This document shows, piece by piece, positions 8,516-17,923 of a DNA stretch of 35,080 bases. Position 1 is the stretch's first letter. The number at the start of each line of letters is the position of its first letter. Source of the stretch: Brevundimonas vancanneytii (GTDB taxonomy: Bacteria > Pseudomonadota > Alphaproteobacteria > Caulobacterales > Caulobacteraceae); the NCBI GenBank assembly GCA_945874855.1, contig CAMCIP010000001.1, forward strand, positions 1 to 35,080, in the 5' to 3' direction. Under the pieces are notes generated by a model that worked only from the letters and a program-made list of their open reading frames with translations, searched no databases and was not told the DNA's origin. The position numbers were made by a program, and so were the translations under genes.

Positions 8516-9787
8516 TCAGCCCAGACGACGTCGCCGCTCGGCCGAGCGAAGGGTCGAGCGCAGGAAATCTGCGGGCGGATCGGTCTCGGCGAGCACCTGT
8601 TCCTTGATGGCACGCGGCTCGCCGAACAGGTGACCCTGACCCATGCCGACGTCGAGCTCCAGCACATCGACGATCTGGCGCTCGTTCTCGCATTTCTCGG
8701 CGATCACCTCGATGCCGTAGCGGCGGGTCAGACCGGCGAAGTCGGCCGCGCGGATGTCGGGCAGGGAGGCCAGCGGCGCGCCCCCGTCCATGTCCAGCAG
8801 TTGTTCGATCAGCAGGTCGGCGGCGACCTTGACGAACTTCACGTCGGACCGTTGAAGATCGGCGAAGTCGAGGTCGAGGGTCTGCACCTTGTCGATCGAG
8901 AAGCGGAAGCCGAGGTCGGCCAGCTTGGCCATATTGCGGGCCTCCACCGCGCCGCGCGCGTCGAACGTGGCCTGGCCCAGCTCGAAGATCAGCGCCTGGT
9001 TGAGGTCGCGGTTCTGGTTCAGGAACTCCAGGAACTGCGGGAAGAAGGTCTCGTCGCCCAGGGACGACAGGGCGACGTTGCAGAAGACGCCGACCTTGCG
9101 GTCCTGACGAGCCAGCCGCCGCACGATCTGGGCGCACCGGAACAGCAGCAGATTGTCGATGGCCGGCACCAGCCCCTCGCCCTCGGCGATCGAAAGGTAC
9201 TCGGCCGGCATCATGACCCGGTCGGTCGAATCGCGAAGGCGGGTGAAGCTCTCGTAGAAGACGGTGCGCCGCTGGGGCAGGCTGACGACCGGCTGCAGAT
9301 ACAGATCGACGCGGTTCTCGGTGAGGGCGTCGTGCACCGTGCGCAGCAGGGCGTCGGCCTGCTGGCGACGACGGTCCTCGGACGGTGATGCGGCGGGCGG
9401 CGGCGAAGCCAGCCGCTGGTCGATGCTGTCGCTCATCTGCTGGATCAGCGTCTCCAGCATCCGCACTTCACCCGTCAGGGTCTCGGTCCGCGACAGGGGG
9501 CCGGTCTCGATCGCCTGGGCCAGTTCGGTCAGCGCGCCCTGGGTCTGTTCCATGGCGTCGGCCAGCAGGCGGTGAGCTTCCCGGACCTGGGCGATCTCGG
9601 CGGTCAGGCGGCGCGCGCGGCCGGCTGATGCCACCGCCACATGCACCACGCCAAGCAGGCCCATCGTACCGAGGGTCCCGGCAATCCCCGCCCCGCCGCC
9701 GAGGCCACCACGCCACAGCAACGCGCCGACCGTCATGGCGAGGAACAGGTAGCCGAAGAACAGGAATCCCGTAGTGACTGCGCGCAT
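8516..9787 (-). CDS. tipF: TipF-like membrane protein with degenerate EAL domain (c-di-GMP receptor for flagellar assembly)
   Basis: True start is ATG 9787 (MRAVTTGFLFFGYLFL) within the 864-aa track ORF. Two N-terminal TM helices, a coiled-coil-like linker, then LYLQPVV...YESFTRL (ESF instead of EAL), IDKV instead of DDFG, and GQGHLFGEP. Confidence 0.85.
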   Translation of the reverse strand: MRAVTTGFLFFGYLFLAMTVGALLWRGGLGGGAGIAGTLGTMGLLGVVHVAVASAGRARRLTAEIAQVREAHRLLADAMEQTQGALTELAQAIETGPLSRTETLTGEVRMLETLIQQMSDSIDQRLASPPPAASPSEDRRRQQADALLRTVHDALTENRVDLYLQPVVSLPQRRTVFYESFTRLRDSTDRVMMPAEYLSIAEGEGLVPAIDNLLLFRCAQIVRRLARQDRKVGVFCNVALSSLGDETFFPQFLEFLNQNRDLNQALIFELGQATFDARGAVEARNMAKLADLGFRFSIDKVQTLDLDFADLQRSDVKFVKVAADLLIEQLLDMDGGAPLASLPDIRAADFAGLTRRYGIEVIAEKCENERQIVDVLELDVGMGQGHLFGEPRAIKEQVLAETDPPADFLRSTLRSAERRRRLG

Positions 9788-9895
9788 GTCGGTCGGTGTG
9801 AACCCGCCTTCCTGGATGGAATCGCGCCAGTATCCGGCTATTGCATCGGAACGGCCATAGGGCCGGGCAAGATTCACGACACGGGGCCCCGTCGC

Positions 9896-10666
9896 ATGCA
9901 GTTGTTCGATCTCACCGGCAAGACCGCCGTCATCACGGGCTCCTCGCGCGGCATCGGCAAGGCGATCGCCGAGCGCATGGCCGAGCACGGCGCCAATGTC
10001 GTCATTTCGTCCCGCAAGGCCGCGCCCTGCGACGAGGTGGCGGCTGAAATCAACGCCCGCTTCGGCGAGGGCCGCGCCATCGCGGTGCCGGCCAACATCG
10101 CCTCCAAGGACGACCTGCAGCGACTGGTCGACGAGACCCGCGCCGCGTTCGGCCGGGTCGACGTCCTGGTCTGCAACGCTGCGTCGAACCCCTATGCCGG
10201 GCCGATGGCGGGCATATCGGACGACCAGTTCGACAAGATCCTGCAGAACAATGTCGTTTCCAACCACTGGCTGATCCAGATGGTGGCGCCCGAGATGCTG
10301 GAGCGTCGCGACGGTTCGATCATCATCGTGTCGTCGATCGGGGGCCTGCGCGGCAATGCCCTGATCGGCGCCTACAATATCTCCAAGGCGGCCGACATGC
10401 AGCTGGCGCGGAACCTGGCCGTGGAGTGGGGACCGTCGAACGTGCGGGTCAACTGCATCGCGCCGGGCCTGATCCAGACCGACTTCGCCCGCTACCTCTG
10501 GGAAAACCCGGAGATTCTGAAGGTCGCCACCGACCCCGCGCCCCTGCGCCGTATCGGCCAGCCCGACGAGATCGCCGGCGCGGCCGTGTATCTGGCCTCG
10601 CCGGCCTCCACCTATATGACGGGCCAGACCCTGGTCGTCGACGGCGGGATCACCATTGCCTGGTGA
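9896..10666 (+). CDS. Short-chain dehydrogenase/reductase
   Basis: MQLFDLTGKTAVITGSSRGIG (TGxxxGxG), CNAA, YNISK (YxxxK), NVRVNCIAPG, TGQTLVVDGG. Confidence 0.93.
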   Translation: MQLFDLTGKTAVITGSSRGIGKAIAERMAEHGANVVISSRKAAPCDEVAAEINARFGEGRAIAVPANIASKDDLQRLVDETRAAFGRVDVLVCNAASNPYAGPMAGISDDQFDKILQNNVVSNHWLIQMVAPEMLERRDGSIIIVSSIGGLRGNALIGAYNISKAADMQLARNLAVEWGPSNVRVNCIAPGLIQTDFARYLWENPEILKVATDPAPLRRIGQPDEIAGAAVYLASPASTYMTGQTLVVDGGITIAW

Positions 10667-11588
10667 GGCCCCGCGCGCGCCGGGTCTCCGGCAGGACCTC
10701 ATCTGGCGGCTGGAGGCGGTCGGCTTCGCGGGCCTGACGGCGCTGCTCCGGCTGATGGGGGTGGAGCGGGCCTCGGACTTCGGCGGCTGGCTGCTGAAGA
10801 CCCTGGGGCCGCGCACGGGCACCCACCGGACGGTTCTGCGCAACCTGCGCATCGCCTTTCCCGACATGGACCCGGCGGCGCGTGAGCGTCTCGCGCTGGA
10901 AAGCTGGGAGCGCACCGGCCGAACCTTCGCCGAGACCACCCAGCTGGATCGCATCACCATGGCCTCCGGCCGGCTGGAGGTGGTGGGTCTGGAAAGGCTT
11001 GAGGCCATCCGCGACGGCGACAGGCCCGTGGTGTTCGTCTCGGGCCATCTGGCCTGTTTCGAGACCATGCCGGCGGTCATCCTGGCCGCAGGAATCCCTT
11101 GCCAGATCACCTATCGCGCCGCCAACAACCCCTATGTCGACGCCCAGATCCGTCGGGCTCGGGCGCGGTATGGCGTCAGGCTGTTTGCGCCCAAGGGGGG
11201 AGACGGCGCGCGGGAGCTGCTGGGCGGGCTGGAACGCGGCGAGTCGGTCGCCCTGATGAACGACCAGAAGTTCAGCGACGGGCCGGAGGTGACCTTCTTC
11301 GGGCACCCGGTGAATGCCGCGCCCGGGCCCTCGCGGCTGGCGCTCCGGTTCGGGACCGTGCTCCAGCCGATGAGCGTCGTGCGCCTGCCAGGGGTCCGGT
11401 TCCGCGTGACCGCGCATGAACCGATCGCGCTGGAACGCACCGGCGACCGTTCAGCCGACATCGCCCGGGGGGTTCAGGCGGTGACTGCCTTCGTCGAGGC
11501 CCGGGTCAGGGAAGTGCCGGAAGACTGGTTCTGGGTCCACAAACGCTGGCCCGACAAGGTCTATGCGGCGCTGTCTCCGGAACCCTGA
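10656..11588 (+). CDS. Lipid A biosynthesis (LpxL/HtrB-like) lysophospholipid acyltransferase
   Basis: RNLRIAFP, SGHLACFE (HxxxxE), NNPYVD, MNDQK, WFWVHKRW; TTG start overlaps the SDR stop. Confidence 0.88.
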   Translation: MPGEAPRAPGLRQDLIWRLEAVGFAGLTALLRLMGVERASDFGGWLLKTLGPRTGTHRTVLRNLRIAFPDMDPAARERLALESWERTGRTFAETTQLDRITMASGRLEVVGLERLEAIRDGDRPVVFVSGHLACFETMPAVILAAGIPCQITYRAANNPYVDAQIRRARARYGVRLFAPKGGDGARELLGGLERGESVALMNDQKFSDGPEVTFFGHPVNAAPGPSRLALRFGTVLQPMSVVRLPGVRFRVTAHEPIALERTGDRSADIARGVQAVTAFVEARVREVPEDWFWVHKRWPDKVYAALSPEP

Positions 11589-12088
11589 GCTTCGGCGGTC
11601 TGGGCGTCCGTCGCCCGCCGGAACGGCCCCTTGTAGTTGCGCGCCTCTGTGCGTCGGCGGTCAGGACCGAAATAGCCCTCGCTCTTCACAAAGGGGCGGG
11701 GGCGGAAGATCACGGCGTTGATGCGTTCGAGGATGGCCTTGGCCGTGATCGGCTTGACCACAAACTCCGTCACGCCGGCGTCGCGCGCCTCGGTGACGCG
11801 GCTTTTCTCCGAATGGCCCGTCATCATGATGATCGGCAGATAGAGATTTGCGCTGTCCGGGCTGTTGCGGACCAGGCGGGTGAACTCGACGCCGTCCAGC
11901 GGGAACATGTTGAAGTCAACGATGGCCAGGTCGATGGCCTGATCCCGCATGGCGTCCAGCGCCGCCCCGCCGTCGGCCACTTCCCGGATGCGACGGATGC
12001 CCGCCGACTGGAGGATGGCGGAGGTGATGGCCCGCATATGCTGGTTGTCATCGACCAGCAGGACCTGGAGCGTGTTGAGAGACGACAT
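11561..12088 (-). CDS. Single-domain receiver with C-terminal Arg-rich region (Cle-like, CheY-like c-di-GMP effector)
   Basis: LLVDD, IVDFNM (phospho-acceptor Asp), MMTG, FVVKP, followed by tandem YFGPDRR and YKGPFRR matching [YF]xGPx[RK]R. Confidence 0.85.
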   Translation of the reverse strand: MSSLNTLQVLLVDDNQHMRAITSAILQSAGIRRIREVADGGAALDAMRDQAIDLAIVDFNMFPLDGVEFTRLVRNSPDSANLYLPIIMMTGHSEKSRVTEARDAGVTEFVVKPITAKAILERINAVIFRPRPFVKSEGYFGPDRRRTEARNYKGPFRRATDAQTAEAQGSGDSAA

Positions 12089-12125
12089 GGGGGAGTTGCT
12101 GGGTTTCGCCGCGGATCTGCGGCCT

Positions 12126-12211
12126 GACTCCCATCCCTAGCCAATGCCATGACTCGGGTCCACAATGGGAAACGACGATTCCCCATAATCTCCTCAGGCG
12201 ATAGAAGACTC
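12126..12211. promoter_or_regulatory. Cluster of four GANTC (CcrM) sites upstream of the Cle-like gene
   Basis: GACTC 12126, GACTC 12151, GATTC 12177 and GACTC 12207 (the last just inside the M23 gene 3' end) within 86 bp. Confidence 0.5.
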
Positions 12212-13036
12212 CGAAGTCCGCACCAGCAGGGAGGGGTCCAGGTTCCTGTCACGCCATTTGAGGCGCCAGCACAGATGGGGGCCGGTCGCCCGGCCCGTGG
12301 ACCCCACGAGCCCGAGGACCTCGCCCGCCCTCACTGAGCGGCCGACCGCCACCTCGATCCGTGACTGGTGCAGATAGGCGCTGATCACGCCCTGGCCGTG
12401 GTCGATCAGCGTCAGTCCGCCCTCGAAATGCAGTCCGGGCTGGGCCAGCACCACCTTGCCGCCGGCGGGCGCCAGGATCGGCGTGCCCGCGGCGGCACCC
12501 AGGTCGATGCCGTAGTGGGGCCGCGCGGGCGTCCCGTTCAGCACCCTCTGCGCGCCCCAGGCACTGGTCACCCGCACCGCGGCCAGCGGCCAGCGGAAGC
12601 CCGTCCGGAAGCCGTCGCCCTCGACCCGGCTGGCGAAGGCCTCGGTCTTCAGCGCCACTTCGCGCTCGATGCGGGCCAGCAGGGCCGGATCGCTGGGTGT
12701 CACGGTTGCGGGGGGCAGGCCGTCGACCCGGGTGGAAGGGAACCGGCCCCGCATCAGGGTCAGGGTCTGGCGGGCCTGTTCGCGGCCGCGCCGCACCACG
12801 ATCTCGGTCTGCAGCGGCCCGTCGCGGTCGAAGCCGATGAAGAACCAGCCGTCGGCCGACGCCGTCGCCAGCGCCTCGCCGTCCACGTAAACCAATGCTC
12901 CCGGGGCGGTGCGGCCGATCACATGGCCGCCCTGAACCAACCGGCCATCGAGACTGAGAGGAATGTCGGCCCGCGCCGACGTGGGCAGGGCCAGGGCGGC
13001 GGCACCGGCCAGAACGGCGCGCCGGTCGGCGATCAT
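12194..13036 (-). CDS. M23-family metallopeptidase, exported (twin-Arg-like signal)
   Basis: Start ATG 13036 (MIADRRAVLAGAAALALPTSARA), overlapping the DUF2093 stop (ATGA); HYGIDL (HxxxD), IDHG, YLH, STGRATGPHLCW. Confidence 0.9.
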   Translation of the reverse strand: MIADRRAVLAGAAALALPTSARADIPLSLDGRLVQGGHVIGRTAPGALVYVDGEALATASADGWFFIGFDRDGPLQTEIVVRRGREQARQTLTLMRGRFPSTRVDGLPPATVTPSDPALLARIEREVALKTEAFASRVEGDGFRTGFRWPLAAVRVTSAWGAQRVLNGTPARPHYGIDLGAAAGTPILAPAGGKVVLAQPGLHFEGGLTLIDHGQGVISAYLHQSRIEVAVGRSVRAGEVLGLVGSTGRATGPHLCWRLKWRDRNLDPSLLVRTSESSIA

Positions 13037-13224
13037 TTCAGCCCGGCCATGGCCTCGACGGCCTGTTCCGGTCCGAAATAGGCCTCCTGCCGCTCGGCCG
13101 ACCAGTATCGCAGGATCTCCAGCGGTATCGGCCGCCCGCTCACCGCACACCGCACGAAACGGCCCGGACGAACGACCGAATAGTCGCCGTCGCCATAGGT
13201 CAGTCTGGCTTCCTGATCGGTCAT
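13033..13224 (-). CDS. DUF2093-family small protein
   Basis: EARLTYGDGDYSVVRPGRFVRCAVSGRPIPLEILRYWSAERQEAY; lies between xseA and the M23 peptidase, a common alphaproteobacterial arrangement. Confidence 0.85.
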   Translation of the reverse strand: MTDQEARLTYGDGDYSVVRPGRFVRCAVSGRPIPLEILRYWSAERQEAYFGPEQAVEAMAGLK

Positions 13225-13250
13225 CTCCGCACCTTACCGCCTCGCCGCGT

Positions 13251-14705
13251 CTAGAACAGCGCGCCCTGATCCGGCTCCGCGCGTCGGGGCCGGGGTGTGG
13301 CCGCCGCGACGCTGGGGCCGCTGCTGTCAACGGTCGCCCCGGCGGCGCCGTCGGGCATGACCAGCCGCACCCTGAGGCCCGGCGTCAGCGCGGCCGCCGA
13401 GGTCAGCCAGCCACCGTCCGCCGCCTCCACGCGCGCGAAGCCGGGCTTGGGCCGGGCCGGGTCAAGGGTCACCAGGGCCCGCGACAGGGCGGACAGGGTC
13501 TCCCGTCGACGCGCCAGGGCGGGGGGAAAGGCCTCAAGCCGCAGCGCGACTGCATCCAGCCGCGCGCGACGACGCTCCAGGGCGCGCTCCAGCAGGTGAG
13601 GGCCCAGCCGGGCGCCGACGGCGGCGGCGCGGCGCTCATGGACCGCCCGGTTTCGCTCCACCCCGGCACCCAGCCGCAGGCCGGCCTGATCCAGTCGCTG
13701 GCGGGGCAGGGCCAGCAGGTCGTCGGCCCGCGACGGCAGACCTCGCGCCGCCCCCCGCAGACGGGTGCGGCGGTCCTCGACGATCCGGCCGGACGCCCGC
13801 GCCGCGCGCCCGCCCAGTTCCGCGAGAGCGGCGACAAGGTCGGCCAGCACAGGGGTGGCGATCTCGGCCGCGCCCGTCGGCGTGGGGGCCCGACGGTCGG
13901 ACACGAAGTCGATCAGGGTGGTGTCCGTCTCGTGGCCGACGGCCGAGATGACGGGGATTTGCGCCGCCGCCACGGTGCGGGCCAGGGCCTCATCGTTGAA
14001 GGGCCAGAGGTCCTCCACCGACCCTCCGCCGCGCGCGACAATGACCAGATCGGGCCGGGGCACAGCCGACCCCTGGCCCAGGGCGTCGAAGCCTCGGACG
14101 GCGGCCGCCACCTGGGCCGCGGCGGCGTCGCCCTGGACCACCACCGGCCAGACGATCACCCGACAGGGCCAGCGTTCGGCGATCCGGTGCAGAACGTCGC
14201 GGATCACCGCCCCGGTCGGGCTGGTGATCACACCAATCACGGCGGGATGGCCGGGCAGGAGCACCTTGCGCGCAGGGTCGAACAGGCCCTCGTCGCGCAA
14301 CTGGGTCTTGAGCGCCTCCAGCCGGGCCAGCAGGGCCCCGGCGCCGGCGGCCTCCACCGTCTCGATGACGATCTGATAGGTGGATCGCGCCGGATAGCTG
14401 GTGATCTTGCCGGTGACGATCACCTCCATTCCGGTCTCGGGCTGGATGCCGAGACCCCGCACCGAGCCCTTCCAGATCACGCCGTCGATGGCGGCCTTGT
14501 CATCCTTCAGCGTCAGATAGACATGGCCCGAGGCATGACGATTGATCTTCGAGACCTCGCCGCGAAGGCGGACATGGCCGAACCGGTCCTCCAGCGTGCG
14601 CTTCAGGGCGAAGGCCAGTTCCGAAACCGTCTGCGGGGCGTCGTTCCCCCGCCGCGGCGGCAGAGCGTCGGCAGGGCCTTCGAAGACATAGGAATCGTCG
14701 CTCAT
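13251..14705 (-). CDS. xseA: Exodeoxyribonuclease VII large subunit
   Basis: [72 protein letters not shown]. Confidence 0.97.
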   Translation of the reverse strand: MSDDSYVFEGPADALPPRRGNDAPQTVSELAFALKRTLEDRFGHVRLRGEVSKINRHASGHVYLTLKDDKAAIDGVIWKGSVRGLGIQPETGMEVIVTGKITSYPARSTYQIVIETVEAAGAGALLARLEALKTQLRDEGLFDPARKVLLPGHPAVIGVITSPTGAVIRDVLHRIAERWPCRVIVWPVVVQGDAAAAQVAAAVRGFDALGQGSAVPRPDLVIVARGGGSVEDLWPFNDEALARTVAAAQIPVISAVGHETDTTLIDFVSDRRAPTPTGAAEIATPVLADLVAALAELGGRAARASGRIVEDRRTRLRGAARGLPSRADDLLALPRQRLDQAGLRLGAGVERNRAVHERRAAAVGARLGPHLLERALERRRARLDAVALRLEAFPPALARRRETLSALSRALVTLDPARPKPGFARVEAADGGWLTSAAALTPGLRVRLVMPDGAAGATVDSSGPSVAAATPRPRRAEPDQGALF

Positions 14706-14750
14706 CGTCCCTGTTTAGGCCGAGCCCCGACCCGCGGAAACCGCCGATGC

Positions 14751-14779
14751 TTGACCCCGACCACGGGCACGGCCATTCC
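14751..14779 (+). promoter_or_regulatory. Putative sigma70 promoter of purD
   Basis: TTGACC-N17-CATTCC ending 8 nt before the ATG; no Shine-Dalgarno sequence. Confidence 0.4.
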
Positions 14780-14787
14780 CCCGGCCA

Positions 14788-16068
14788 ATGAACATCCTTC
14801 TGGTCGGATCGGGCGGGCGCGAGCATGCCCTGGCGTGGAAGATCGCCCAGTCGCCGCTGGTCCGGCGACTCGTCTGCGCGCCCGGCAATCCGGGCATCGC
14901 CAGACATGCCGAGTTGCGACCGGATCTGAAGGTCACCGACGCCGACGGCCTCACCGCCCTGGCGCGGGAGATCAAGGCCGATCTGGTCGTCGTCGGGCCC
15001 GAGTCGGCGCTGGAGGTCGGGCTGGCCGACCGGCTGGCGGCGGCGGGCATCCCCTGTTTCGGCCCGTCGGCCCGGGCGGCGCGGCTGGAGACGTCCAAGG
15101 CCTTCGCCAAGGGCTTCCTCGAGCGGTGGGACATCCCGACGGCCGGCTTCGGCGTCTATGAGAAGATGAGCGAGGCGCGCGACGCCCTGAAGGTGTTCAA
15201 GCCGCCCTATGTGATCAAGGCCGACGGTCTGGCGGCCGGCAAGGGCGTGGCCATCAGCCCGGATCGCAAGGACGCCGAGGCCGAGCTGGCCCGGATGCTG
15301 GGCGGCAGGTTCGGCAAGGCCGGCGCGCGGGTGGTGATCGAGGAGTTCATGGAGGGGGAGGAGGGCTCCCTGTTCGCCCTGTGCGACGGACGGCACGCTG
15401 TGCTGTTCGGCGGTGCGCAGGATCACAAGCGCGCCTTTGACGGAGATCTGGGCCCCAACACCGGCGGCATGGGGGCCTATTCGCCGGCGCCCGTCTTCAC
15501 CCCCGACCTGGTCGAGGCGGTCGAGCGCCGGATCGTGGCCCCGACCCTGGCCGGAATGGCGCAGGAGGGCACGCCGTTCCGCGGGGTCCTGTTCGCCGGG
15601 TTGATGGCCACCGCCGAGGGGCCGAAGGTGGTGGAGTTCAACGCCCGCTTCGGCGATCCTGAATGTCAGGTGCTGATGATGCGGCTGGCCGATGATCTGG
15701 TGCCCTGGCTTCTGGCCTGCGCGCGAGGGGACCTGTCGCGGCTGGGGTCGCCGGAGTTCCGGCCCCAGGCCTGCGTCGGCGTGGTGATGGCGGCCAAGGG
15801 CTATCCGGACAGTCCGCTGGAAGGCTCGATCATCCGCGGCGCCGAACGCGACTTCGGGCCCCATGTGCAGGTGTTCCATGCCGGTACGCGCCGCGACGAG
15901 CAGGGCGCCCTGGTCGCGGCGGGCGGGAGGGTGCTGACCGTCTGCGCCCTCGGCGACGACGTGGCCGAGGCCCGCGAACGCGCCTATGCCGCCGTCAAGA
16001 GCATCGACTGGCCTGGCGGCTTCCACCGGTCGGACATTGCCTGGCGGGCGCTGGAGGCGCGGGACTAG
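14788..16068 (+). CDS. purD: Phosphoribosylamine--glycine ligase
   Basis: GSGGREHALAW, APGNPG, VVGPE, KADGLAAGKGV, QDHKR, GPNTGGMGAYSP, EFNARFGDPE, GGRVL. Confidence 0.98.
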   Translation: MNILLVGSGGREHALAWKIAQSPLVRRLVCAPGNPGIARHAELRPDLKVTDADGLTALAREIKADLVVVGPESALEVGLADRLAAAGIPCFGPSARAARLETSKAFAKGFLERWDIPTAGFGVYEKMSEARDALKVFKPPYVIKADGLAAGKGVAISPDRKDAEAELARMLGGRFGKAGARVVIEEFMEGEEGSLFALCDGRHAVLFGGAQDHKRAFDGDLGPNTGGMGAYSPAPVFTPDLVEAVERRIVAPTLAGMAQEGTPFRGVLFAGLMATAEGPKVVEFNARFGDPECQVLMMRLADDLVPWLLACARGDLSRLGSPEFRPQACVGVVMAAKGYPDSPLEGSIIRGAERDFGPHVQVFHAGTRRDEQGALVAAGGRVLTVCALGDDVAEARERAYAAVKSIDWPGGFHRSDIAWRALEARD

Positions 16069-16074
16069 GCGGCA

Positions 16075-17766
16075 TCACGCGGCCTGGCGGCTCGCGACAT
16101 CCGGGGCTGCGATGAGGGCCAGCAGGTCGGCGGCCTGGAAGGGCTTGGCCAGATGCCGGTCCGCCCCCGCGATGCGGGCGGCGGCCACATGCTCGGGCAG
16201 GGCGTTGGCCGTCAGCATGACGATGGGCGTGATCGGCCGCTCGGCCTCGCATTCGAAGTCACGGATGGCGCGGGTGGCGCTCAGCCCGTCCATCACCGGC
16301 ATCTGCATGTCCATCAGCACGAGGTCATAGGTGCCCTCGCGATAGGCCTGTACCGCCTGTTGGCCATTCTCGACCGAGGTCAACTCCACAGACGCCGAGG
16401 CCAGGATCAACTCCACCACCTTGCGGTTGGTGGGGTGGTCGTCGGCCAGAAGGACGCGAACCGCCTGCGCCTCCCGGGTCGGCCTGGACGCGGCCTCGGG
16501 CGTCGTGACGACAGGAGCCTCGGCCGCGTTCAGGGGCACCGTCAGGATGAAGGTCGACCCCCCGCCCGGCTCGCTCTCACAGTCCAGATCTCCGCCCATC
16601 ATTTCCGCCAGCTGGCGACAGATGGCCAGGCCGAGGCCGGAGCCGCCGAAGCGCCGGGTGACCGCCCCGTCCGCCTGTTCGAACCGGCCGAACAGCCGGT
16701 CCTTCTGTGCCCCGTCAAAGCCGATGCCCGTGTCGCTGACGGCCAGCCGCAGGGTCGGGGCACCGCCCGGGGCCGCACCACATTGGGCATCCAGCTTGAT
16801 CAGCCCCGCCTCAGTGAACTTCACCGCATTGGACACGAGGTTGCAGACCACCTGCTTCAGCCGCACCACGTCGCCGCGCACCCAAGACGGGCAGGCCGGG
16901 CAGACGTCCACCACCAGGGCCAGACCCTTGGCGGCGGCTGAAGCACGATACAGGTCGGCGGCTTCGTTGACGGCTGCGGCCAGGTCGAAGGGTTCGTCCT
17001 CCAGCGACAGCCGCCCGCTCTCGATGCGCGCCAGATCCAGGATGTCGCCGAGCAGGGTCAGCAGCATCCGGCTGGAGCTCTGCATCAGCTCCAGGATATC
17101 GCGCTGGTCAGGATCCAGATCCGTCTGGCCCAGCGCCTGGGCCAGGCCGATCACGCCGTTCAGCGGCGTGCGGATCTCGTGGCTCATATTGGCCAGAAAC
17201 AGGCTCTTGGCGGCATTGGCGGCCTGGGCGGCGTCGCGCGCCTCGGCCAGGGCCTGGGCGTCCCGCTTCAGATCGGTGACGTCGTTGACCAGGGTGACGA
17301 TGCCGCCGGCCGAGGTGCGCCGGTCCTGGACGCGCAGCCAGCGCCCGTCGGCGCAGCGCTGCTCCAGCGTCGCTGACAGATTGTCCCGCGCGGCCAGCCG
17401 CTCGGCGCGCCATTCGGCCTCGCGCCCGAGGGCGTCGGCATAGATGCCCGCGTCCAGACCGATCTGCAGGACCTCCTCGAACGTCATGCCGACCTTCAGC
17501 CCGGCGGTCAGTTCAGGGTTCACCTCGGCATAGCGGGCGTTCCAGAGCACCAGTCGGCCCTCCGGGTCGTAGAAGCCCAGGGCGTCGGGTATGGCGTCGA
17601 CGGCTTCACGAATGTGATCGAGGGCCCGGTCATCCCGGTGATGCGCCGGCGTGGTCCGCCATCGGCTCCAGGCCCAGGCGGCGGCCAGCCCGCCAAGGCA
17701 CAAGGCCGCCACCACCGGCAACAGCGGGGCATCCAGCGACGTCAGAAAGGGCAGAACGGCGTCCAA
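16075..17766 (-). CDS. Hybrid sensor histidine kinase (TM-PAS-HisKA-HATPase-receiver)
   Basis: N-terminal hydrophobic helix; PAS-like YDPEGRLVLWN...DGRWL...DVTDLK; H-box FLANMSHEIRTPLNG; NLVSNAVKFT, DTGIG, GGSGLGLAI; receiver LADDHPTN, LMDMQMP, KP. TTG start tentative. Confidence 0.92.
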   Translation of the reverse strand: MDAVLPFLTSLDAPLLPVVAALCLGGLAAAWAWSRWRTTPAHHRDDRALDHIREAVDAIPDALGFYDPEGRLVLWNARYAEVNPELTAGLKVGMTFEEVLQIGLDAGIYADALGREAEWRAERLAARDNLSATLEQRCADGRWLRVQDRRTSAGGIVTLVNDVTDLKRDAQALAEARDAAQAANAAKSLFLANMSHEIRTPLNGVIGLAQALGQTDLDPDQRDILELMQSSSRMLLTLLGDILDLARIESGRLSLEDEPFDLAAAVNEAADLYRASAAAKGLALVVDVCPACPSWVRGDVVRLKQVVCNLVSNAVKFTEAGLIKLDAQCGAAPGGAPTLRLAVSDTGIGFDGAQKDRLFGRFEQADGAVTRRFGGSGLGLAICRQLAEMMGGDLDCESEPGGGSTFILTVPLNAAEAPVVTTPEAASRPTREAQAVRVLLADDHPTNRKVVELILASASVELTSVENGQQAVQAYREGTYDLVLMDMQMPVMDGLSATRAIRDFECEAERPITPIVMLTANALPEHVAAARIAGADRHLAKPFQAADLLALIAAPDVASRQAA

Positions 17767-17923
17767 GGTGCAGCTTTCGGCTCCATCGACCCACCCTCGC
17801 GCCTACAGATGAACATTCCGTGCGCGACGCAGCGTCACCGTCACGCGATTGGCGAAATGCATCGCTATTCGCCATCGATCCGACGACTGGCCGCGGCCGA
17901 TTCGGCGGCCTAGAGAACCAGAG

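Noticed and set aside
8516-11110. 864-aa ORF suggesting a giant EAL fusion protein
   Set aside because: The N-terminal 441 aa are the antisense of the SDR and acyltransferase genes; the credible start is ATG 9787.
12194-13330. 378-aa ORF extending the M23 peptidase through DUF2093
   Set aside because: The extension overlaps DUF2093 and the xseA 3' end; the signal peptide and ATGA coupling support a start at 13036.
17832-17846. GTCACCGTCAC upstream of phoR as a PHO box
   Set aside because: The cores are 6 bp apart rather than 11, with no phased neighbours.
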